NCBI GenBank assembly: GCA_002070275.1
Contig: MWCY01000011.1
Location: 19,847 to 83,846 of the forward strand
Length of the DNA: 64,000 bases
Direction of reading: 5' to 3'
Source: Candidatus Hydrogenedentes bacterium ADurb.Bin170
GTDB taxonomy: Bacteria; Hydrogenedentota; Hydrogenedentia; Hydrogenedentales; CAITNO01
The position numbers were made by a program, and so were the translations under genes. A model generated the notes under the pieces. The model ran no database searches, was not told where the DNA came from, and saw only the letters and a list, made by a program, of their open reading frames with translations. Of this stretch, positions 57,605-64,000 are shown in pieces. Each line of letters opens with the position of its first letter. The first letter of the stretch is position 1.

Positions 57605-59058
57605 CCCTTAGCTCCATCGAATCAAAACTGATGACATCAATACGTGCGGTGCTGGCGGAGGCAGGCGCTTTATCAAAAAATCGCCTCATCCTCGCCGCTG
57701 TGTCAGGCGGACAGGACTCCATGGTACTGCTTCATCTCTTGAACCGCCTCGGCGTGCCTCTTATCGCCGCCCACTTTGATCACGGCACCCGTTCAGGGGA
57801 AAGTGCGCTGGACGCAAAGCTGGTCGAAGATTTTTGCGTAGAAAAAGGGATCCCTTTCCGCTCCGCCCGGGAAAGCCTGGAAGAAGATGCCCGCCGTACA
57901 GGCGAGAACTTTGAGGCACTGGCACGGCGGAAACGCTATGCCTATCTTACGGACACGGCGCACCGGGAAGGTTGCGAAGTCATCGCTACAGGCCATCATC
58001 TCAATGACCAGGTGGAAACGATTTTAATGGGATCGCTGGGTCTGGCGAGCAGTTTCGGCGGAAGCGGCATGGAGCCTGTATGCAGAAAAAACGGGTTCCT
58101 TCTGGTCAGGCCCATGCTCCACATCCGCAAAGAGGATATTGACGCCTGTGCCCGGAGTGCAGGCGTGCCCTGGCGTGAAGACAGCAGCAATCCCGATCAG
58201 CGCTATGCACGAAATCGTATCCGCAGCATCCTTCTGCCGGTCATCGACTCGCTGGGCAGCCACTGCAAAGCTCAGCTGGCGGAACGGGCGGCACTTCAAC
58301 GGGAAGCATTGCACTACCTCGATGAAGAAGGCGGAAGGGTACTGAAACAATGCGGCCGGGCCGGGCATCAGCGGAACATCCTTCTTTATCTCGAATATGA
58401 AAAATTGTGCAGCTATCCGCCCCTGCTTGTCCGTCATGCCTTGCGTGTCCTTGCCCGGCTTCTCAAAGTTGTCTTCAGCCGGGCGGATATCAACCGGATC
58501 CATCGTCTTCTCATGGACAGCAAACCCGGAAAAGAATATGATCTCGTGGAGGGACTGATCCTTTACAAGCGCGGCAAGGAATGCATGATCTTTCGGAATC
58601 TCCCTGCTTTAGAAGACGAGTGGCCTACCGTGCCCACACCCGGCGAAATCATTTACAGCCATTTTTCTGTGCAGACTTCATTTCCCGAACCGCTGCATGT
58701 TATGCATCTCATTGAGTATGCCGCTTCACAAGGCATCTTTTATTTCTATGAGTGGCAAGTTGAGTACCCTCTTTATATCCGTACGTGGGACGGCATAGGA
58801 TGGATGGTCCCTTTTGGCTCTTCCAAAGCAAAGCCCATTAATAAAATACTGCGAGAAAGAGGAATCCCTCCCACACTGCGAAGACTGGAATGTATCATTT
58901 GTGATGAACTGCAGAGAGATCTGCTTTTCTCTTCAGGTCATAGAACCGATATGGCTGTTCTCTCAGAGCACCATTCGAATTCCATTCTGGCAATTAAAAT
59001 TACGCCCCTTGACACTTCCGACCCGGATATAGTTGCATACTTTGACAGCAGCGACTAG
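57601..59058 (+). CDS. tilS: tRNA(Ile)-lysidine synthetase
   Basis: PP-loop SGGQDS and GHHLNDQVETILM. The ATGA overlaps the upstream stop. Confidence 0.85.
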   Translation: MTLSSIESKLMTSIRAVLAEAGALSKNRLILAAVSGGQDSMVLLHLLNRLGVPLIAAHFDHGTRSGESALDAKLVEDFCVEKGIPFRSARESLEEDARRTGENFEALARRKRYAYLTDTAHREGCEVIATGHHLNDQVETILMGSLGLASSFGGSGMEPVCRKNGFLLVRPMLHIRKEDIDACARSAGVPWREDSSNPDQRYARNRIRSILLPVIDSLGSHCKAQLAERAALQREALHYLDEEGGRVLKQCGRAGHQRNILLYLEYEKLCSYPPLLVRHALRVLARLLKVVFSRADINRIHRLLMDSKPGKEYDLVEGLILYKRGKECMIFRNLPALEDEWPTVPTPGEIIYSHFSVQTSFPEPLHVMHLIEYAASQGIFYFYEWQVEYPLYIRTWDGIGWMVPFGSSKAKPINKILRERGIPPTLRRLECIICDELQRDLLFSSGHRTDMAVLSEHHSNSILAIKITPLDTSDPDIVAYFDSSD

Positions 59059-59121
59059 AATAGCTGTGCAAGCGATGGTCGCTCCCGCAGGATTCAATTT
59101 TCTTCTGGTATAAAGGATTTT

Positions 59122-61284
59122 ATGATGACCTTTGTCCGCTGTTCTTTGGCTCTTCTGCTCTTTGCACTTCTGTTCGGTCTGGCCGCTGAGGCGGAAGGTC
59201 CCGACCGCACCTGCTTTCAGGAAGCCGGGCACTGGCAGCCTGCCATTGACCTCGGTGCCGATATGGCGATTGTTTACGGCGTTAACGACAGCTTCGCCGA
59301 CCGGGTTCGGCAGTGGCGTGAAAAGGGCTATTCCATCGGCATGATGACGGGCATCGCCTGGGGCGGCTATGATGATTATTACCGCACGGCGGACGGCTTC
59401 AAAAAAGATGAAGTGCAGACCCGTAAATCAGGAAAATTGTATATGCACGGCGACAGCACCACCGTCGGCTATAACGTGCCTACCGATGCCTACATCGACT
59501 ATATCAAGCAGGTGGTGAATCCTGCCGTGGATCTCGGTGCACAGGCAATTTTTCTGGAAGAACCCGAATACTGGGCGGAAGCCGGTTGGAGCGAAGCCTT
59601 CAAAGAAGAATGGCTGCGCTTCTACGGAGAGCCGTGGCAGGAGCCCGATTCAAGCCCCGATGCGCAATACCGTGCCTCCAAACTTAAATATGAACTCTAT
59701 TTCAAAGCGCTTCGCGAAGTTTTCCGCCATATCAAAGAACGGGCGGCAGCACAGGGCAGAGAAGTGGAATGCCATGTGCCCACCCACAGCCTCAACAGTT
59801 ATGCGCAGTGGCGGATTGTAAGCCCCATGTCACACCTCATGGATCTCGAGGAAATGGACGGGTATATCGCCCAGGTCTGGACAGGCACTGCCCGTACGCC
59901 CAATCTGTACCGGGGCGTGCAGAAAGAACGTACTTTCGAATCGGGCTTCCTCGAATACAGCCAGATGGTCGCCATGGTCCGGCCCACAGGAAGAAAACTC
60001 TGGTTCCTCGCCGACCCCATCGAAGACAACCCGAATTACAGCTGGCGCAACTACAAGGAGAATTATGAATGCACCGTCATCTCCTCGCTGCTCTGGCCGG
60101 AAAACTACCGATACGAAATCATGCCCTGGCCGACACGCATCTTCAAGGGGAGCTATCCCAAAGTGGATCTTGACACAAAATCGGATGACCGCGAAGGGAT
60201 CCCGGCAGACTACGCCGCCGAACTCATGGCCGTCACCAATGCCCTCAACCATATGGATCAGGATAAAGTCGAATACGATACAGGAACACAGGGGATCGGC
60301 GTGCTCGTTTCGGATACTCTCATGTTTCAGCGGGCTGCACCCCGGGGCAGCGATGCCCTGCTCAGCAATCTCTACGGCATTGCCATGCCCCTCGTCAAAC
60401 ACGGTATCCCCGCCCGCTTCGTCCAGATGGAAACCCTCACACAACCGGGCGCCCTCGACGGCATCCATCTGCTGCTCATGACCTATGACGGACAGAAACC
60501 GCTCAAACCCGATTATCATGAAGTGCTGGATCAGTGGGTACGCGGAGGCGGTGCGCTCCTCTTTGTCGATGACGGTTCCGATCCCTACAACCGGGTGCGT
60601 GAATGGTGGAATGATGAAGGCAAAAACGATGCCCTCCCGCAGGATGACCTTTTCAGACGGCTCGGCATCAGCTCTGAACAGGCGGACACGCCTGTGGCGG
60701 TGGACGGGGGCCGGGTCTATGTCATGAACATCTCGCCGACCCGCCTCGCTAAACAGACAGAAGGCGCCGAACGGCTCATGCAAGCGGTGGCGCTTATGCT
60801 GCAGCAGAAAGGGATCACCCTGCAGACCCGGAACTATATGAAACTGCGGCGCGGTCCGTTCCTGATTGCTTCGGTGATGGATGAATCGATTTCTGAACAG
60901 CCGCTGTCGCTGCAGGGTTCCTTTATCGATCTGCTGGATGCCGCCTTGCCTGTCGTGAAAGAAAAAACGCTGGAGCCCGGTCAGCGCTGCCTCCTCTTTG
61001 ATCTTGACTGGGCGGCAGCACATCATGCCACGGCTGAAGTGGCAGCCGCCTCCTGCCGTGTCCGCGAAGAAAGCATGAACGGAAGCATCTTCTCCTTTGT
61101 AACCAGAGGCCCCGAAAATGTCCGGGCGCGCATGCGCATACGCCTGCCGAAAGCACCGGAAACAATCACCGTCGCCCCCGATGATACCGAGTTCCTCTCG
61201 GCATGGGACAGTAGCAGCGGCACACTTATGCTCGAATGCGACAATCAGGCAAAGGACATCCGTTTCTCCTTGCAGCTGCAATAA
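59122..61284 (+). CDS. secreted hypothetical protein (~720 aa), possibly carbohydrate-active
   Basis: Signal peptide MMTFVRCSLALLLFALLFGLAAEA. No family confidently recognised. Confidence 0.6.
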   Translation: MMTFVRCSLALLLFALLFGLAAEAEGPDRTCFQEAGHWQPAIDLGADMAIVYGVNDSFADRVRQWREKGYSIGMMTGIAWGGYDDYYRTADGFKKDEVQTRKSGKLYMHGDSTTVGYNVPTDAYIDYIKQVVNPAVDLGAQAIFLEEPEYWAEAGWSEAFKEEWLRFYGEPWQEPDSSPDAQYRASKLKYELYFKALREVFRHIKERAAAQGREVECHVPTHSLNSYAQWRIVSPMSHLMDLEEMDGYIAQVWTGTARTPNLYRGVQKERTFESGFLEYSQMVAMVRPTGRKLWFLADPIEDNPNYSWRNYKENYECTVISSLLWPENYRYEIMPWPTRIFKGSYPKVDLDTKSDDREGIPADYAAELMAVTNALNHMDQDKVEYDTGTQGIGVLVSDTLMFQRAAPRGSDALLSNLYGIAMPLVKHGIPARFVQMETLTQPGALDGIHLLLMTYDGQKPLKPDYHEVLDQWVRGGGALLFVDDGSDPYNRVREWWNDEGKNDALPQDDLFRRLGISSEQADTPVAVDGGRVYVMNISPTRLAKQTEGAERLMQAVALMLQQKGITLQTRNYMKLRRGPFLIASVMDESISEQPLSLQGSFIDLLDAALPVVKEKTLEPGQRCLLFDLDWAAAHHATAEVAAASCRVREESMNGSIFSFVTRGPENVRARMRIRLPKAPETITVAPDDTEFLSAWDSSSGTLMLECDNQAKDIRFSLQLQ

Positions 61285-61355
61285 AAACAGTTTTGACTTT
61301 GCCCTCCTGTCTCGCCATACTTTTTATATAGAACAACTGCTTAAAGGAGACGGTT

Positions 61356-63353
61356 ATGCGTTTTTTCAGCGTGATTTTTTGTCTTTCTCTGGCGTTAACT
61401 GCCACAGCTGCCGATTTCAGCGTACTGCCTGCCAATCCGGATGGCACGCCGCATGCCGCCATGATGTACAAATACCTCCTGCATGAGGCAGAAGGGTGTC
61501 TCAACGCGCGCATGGAAGCCTATGAAGCACTGAAGACGGAAGCAGACATTCTCGCCTGGCAGGAGAACTTGCGCAGCCGTTTTACTGAGAGTCTTGGCGG
61601 TTTTCCGGAACGCTGTCCCCTGAATGCACGTATTACCGGACAGGGCGAAAAAGAGCACTTCCGTTATGAGAAAGTCATTTTTGAAAGTCAGCCAGGATTG
61701 CTGGTGACCGCTATTCTATATCTCCCCAAAGGACAGGGACCCTGGCCGGGCGTCATTGTTCCCTGCGGGCATGCAGCCGAGGGAAAAGGTATGGATGCCT
61801 ATCAGCGTGCTTCCATGCTTCTGGCTGCCAACGGCATGGCGGCGCTCTGCTACGATCCCATCGGTCAGGGTGAACGCTGCACATTTCTCAAAGAAGACGG
61901 TTCGGTCGAACTGGGCTCTGTTATTGACCATACCCTTGTGGGTGCCAAGGCGATTCTGACCGGCATGAACACCGCTTCCTTCCGTGTCTGGGACGGCATG
62001 CGCGCCATCGATTATCTTCAGAGCCGAGACGACATCATTGCTGACAAAATCGGCTGCACCGGGAACTCAGGCGGCGGCACGCTAACCAGTTATCTCATGG
62101 CACTGGATCCGCGTATTGTCTGCGCTGCCCCTTCCTGCTATCTGACCAGCTTCGACCGGCTGCTCAACACCATCGGGCCCCAGGACGCCGAGCAGAATGT
62201 TTTCGGGCAGATCAGCTACGGGTTTGACCATGCCGACTATCTGCATCTGCATATGCCGAACCCCGTCCTTATGTGCGTGGCAACCAGAGACTTCTTCGAC
62301 ATTAACGGCACCTGGTCCACTTTCCGGCAGGCGAAAAGACTCTATACCCGTCTGGGTGTGGCAGAACGGATTGATCTTATCGAAAACGACGAAGAACACG
62401 GATTTCACAAAGCACAGCGGGAAGGGATGGTCCGCTGGATGAGCCGCTGGCTGCTGCAGCAGGATCGCTTTATTACCGAGCCGGATTTTGATATTTTTAC
62501 GGAGAAAGAATTCCTGTGCACTGACAGGGGTCAAGTCATTTACGAAGCAGGCGCCCGATCCGTCCTCGACCTGCTTTCAGAACGAGAAAAGATGCTGGCA
62601 CAGAAACGCACCGCCTTCAACCGTTCTGCTGACCCCTCTGCTATCCGGGAGAAAATAAAAGAGCTGATCGCATTGCGCACGAGTGATACAGCTGCGCCCG
62701 AAGCGCTTGTGCTGAAAGAAGACACTTATAAGGGAATCCCCCTCCAGTATCTGGCTCTGAACCCTGAGCCCGGTATTGTACTCCCGGCATTGCTTGCCAT
62801 GCCCGAGGCTTTTACCGGAAGCTGGATACTCATCTGTGCGGCAGAAGGCAAAGCATCTCTTTTTGATAACCCGGAAAGAATGCAGGCCCTTCTGAAAGAA
62901 GGCAACGCTGTCCTCGCTCTTGATCTGCGCGGTCTTGGCGAAAGCGCCAATCATGAGGGCGGACTCGGCTGGCACAAAACCGTAGGTCCTGACTGGCAGG
63001 ACTTTTTCCTGGCTTTTCTGCTCGGGCGCAGCTATGTCGGCATGCGCACCGAAGACATACTCACCGCCGCGCATTGGCTGAAAGCCAGAGAAGACAAGGC
63101 GATCCGGCTGGTAGCGACAGGCGAGGCAACCGTTCCGGCGCGGCACGCCGCAGCTCTGGAACCGGATCTGTTCGAAACGCTTCGTCTGGAGGGCGGCATC
63201 CCCTCCTGGGCGGAGGTGGTACATACGACCCGGGCAAAGCATCAGCTGATCAATACCGTTCACAATGCCCTTGCCTGGTATGACCTGCCTGACCTTACAG
63301 CGCTGACTCAGGCGCAGGTGGAAGAAATCAGCAGCACTGTGCCGGAATTCTAG
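61356..63353 (+). CDS. secreted alpha/beta hydrolase (acetyl-xylan-esterase / dienelactone-hydrolase-like)
   Basis: Signal peptide. Nucleophile elbow GCTGNSGGG. A Asp/His later (EEHGFH). Confidence 0.7.
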   Translation: MRFFSVIFCLSLALTATAADFSVLPANPDGTPHAAMMYKYLLHEAEGCLNARMEAYEALKTEADILAWQENLRSRFTESLGGFPERCPLNARITGQGEKEHFRYEKVIFESQPGLLVTAILYLPKGQGPWPGVIVPCGHAAEGKGMDAYQRASMLLAANGMAALCYDPIGQGERCTFLKEDGSVELGSVIDHTLVGAKAILTGMNTASFRVWDGMRAIDYLQSRDDIIADKIGCTGNSGGGTLTSYLMALDPRIVCAAPSCYLTSFDRLLNTIGPQDAEQNVFGQISYGFDHADYLHLHMPNPVLMCVATRDFFDINGTWSTFRQAKRLYTRLGVAERIDLIENDEEHGFHKAQREGMVRWMSRWLLQQDRFITEPDFDIFTEKEFLCTDRGQVIYEAGARSVLDLLSEREKMLAQKRTAFNRSADPSAIREKIKELIALRTSDTAAPEALVLKEDTYKGIPLQYLALNPEPGIVLPALLAMPEAFTGSWILICAAEGKASLFDNPERMQALLKEGNAVLALDLRGLGESANHEGGLGWHKTVGPDWQDFFLAFLLGRSYVGMRTEDILTAAHWLKAREDKAIRLVATGEATVPARHAAALEPDLFETLRLEGGIPSWAEVVHTTRAKHQLINTVHNALAWYDLPDLTALTQAQVEEISSTVPEF

Positions 63354-63424
63354 ACCGCAGCGGCTTTTATTTTTCTTTATGCAGCGATCCGGCTGAAAGC
63401 GGGAACGCGCGACCTCTACCGGTT

Positions 63425-64000
63425 TCAGTGCAATGCCGGAGCTGTCATTTCTTTCCACTGGTCTTTATAGACGAAAAAGTTCACACCGTCCGCACCGGCT
63501 GCACGGACACCCGCGGCTGTTTCCGCCATGAGCGGATCGTCAATATAAATAATGGGAGCCAGTTCTTTTTCGTCGCCGATAAGTGCACGGGCACGACGGG
63601 TCTCCAGTGCCACCGCTTGCGGAGGCAGCGCTTTTTTGACTGCTTCGACAGAGGGCGCATCCATAAGTCCGGCAAAACCTGTCAGGTTCAGAACAGCTTC
63701 CATCACCGCCTTTTCACCCGCCGTTCCGGAAACACCGAGCACATCAGGCAGCTCGGCGAGTTCCCAGTTCAGACAGGCAGGGCCGGGATGATCCGGATAG
63801 TTTCTGTAGATCATGGGCGCAAAAACATCCACAAAAGATTTCAGATCTTCGTAGGATTGTCCCACCAGCGGTGCGAGGCAGGGTGTAAAAATGTACACAC
63901 CCATACGAAGCCCGGCGCCATGGATAATCTCCGACAGCGCACGAAAATGCGCAGTCGTGCAGACACGCCGGAACCGCAGCCATTCAAGAAGTCCCGGCAG
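63425..64000 (-). CDS. hypothetical protein, C-terminal part (the gene continues beyond the window end)
   Basis: The frame stays open upstream of the annotated Met (…HFRALSEIIHGAGLRMGVYIFTPC…). Confidence 0.5.
   Translation of the reverse strand: MPGLLEWLRFRRVCTTAHFRALSEIIHGAGLRMGVYIFTPCLAPLVGQSYEDLKSFVDVFAPMIYRNYPDHPGPACLNWELAELPDVLGVSGTAGEKAVMEAVLNLTGFAGLMDAPSVEAVKKALPPQAVALETRRARALIGDEKELAPIIYIDDPLMAETAAGVRAAGADGVNFFVYKDQWKEMTAPALH

Overview
This is a 64 kb stretch of a high-GC bacterial chromosome, probably from the PVC superphylum (Lentisphaerae/Kiritimatiellae-like), judging from an H-X9-DG/DUF1559 prepilin-type protein and its truncated paralog. It is mostly housekeeping. One co-directional block runs rbfA–DUF503–infB–nusA–rimP–pgeF–hslU–corA. 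The rest includes rpsA, an acetolactate synthase large subunit, yebC–ruvC, a DapA-family lyase, aroA, an aroK–aroC fusion, ahcY, a GH38 mannosidase, an M16 peptidase and tilS. There is a T2SS ExeA/GspB pair, a peroxiredoxin, and several secreted hydrolase-like proteins. The most interesting part is a sigma-54-controlled minus-strand operon at about 29.2–34.9 kb. It encodes three NifX/NafY-like (PF02579) proteins, two MinD-type P-loop ATPases with inserted 2x[4Fe-4S] ferredoxin domains, a radical SAM–wHTH protein, an IscU/NifU-like scaffold, a DUF5320-like Gly/Arg-rich protein and a small membrane protein. A PAS(Cys4)-AAA+-HTH enhancer-binding protein lies directly upstream. Between them I can read a sigma-54 -24/-12 element and three GTCGCA/TGCGAC palindromes. 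This looks like an uncharacterised metallocofactor or Fe-S assembly and delivery system. Other notable items are a double-cubane-cluster-like dehydratase/activase pair, a standalone GspF N-terminal-domain mini-ORF, a PASTA-repeat protein with a sorting-signal-like tail, and a palindromic operator candidate upstream of yebC–ruvC. No rRNA, tRNA, CRISPR or obvious mobile elements were seen. Long antisense shadow ORFs typical of high-GC DNA were discounted.
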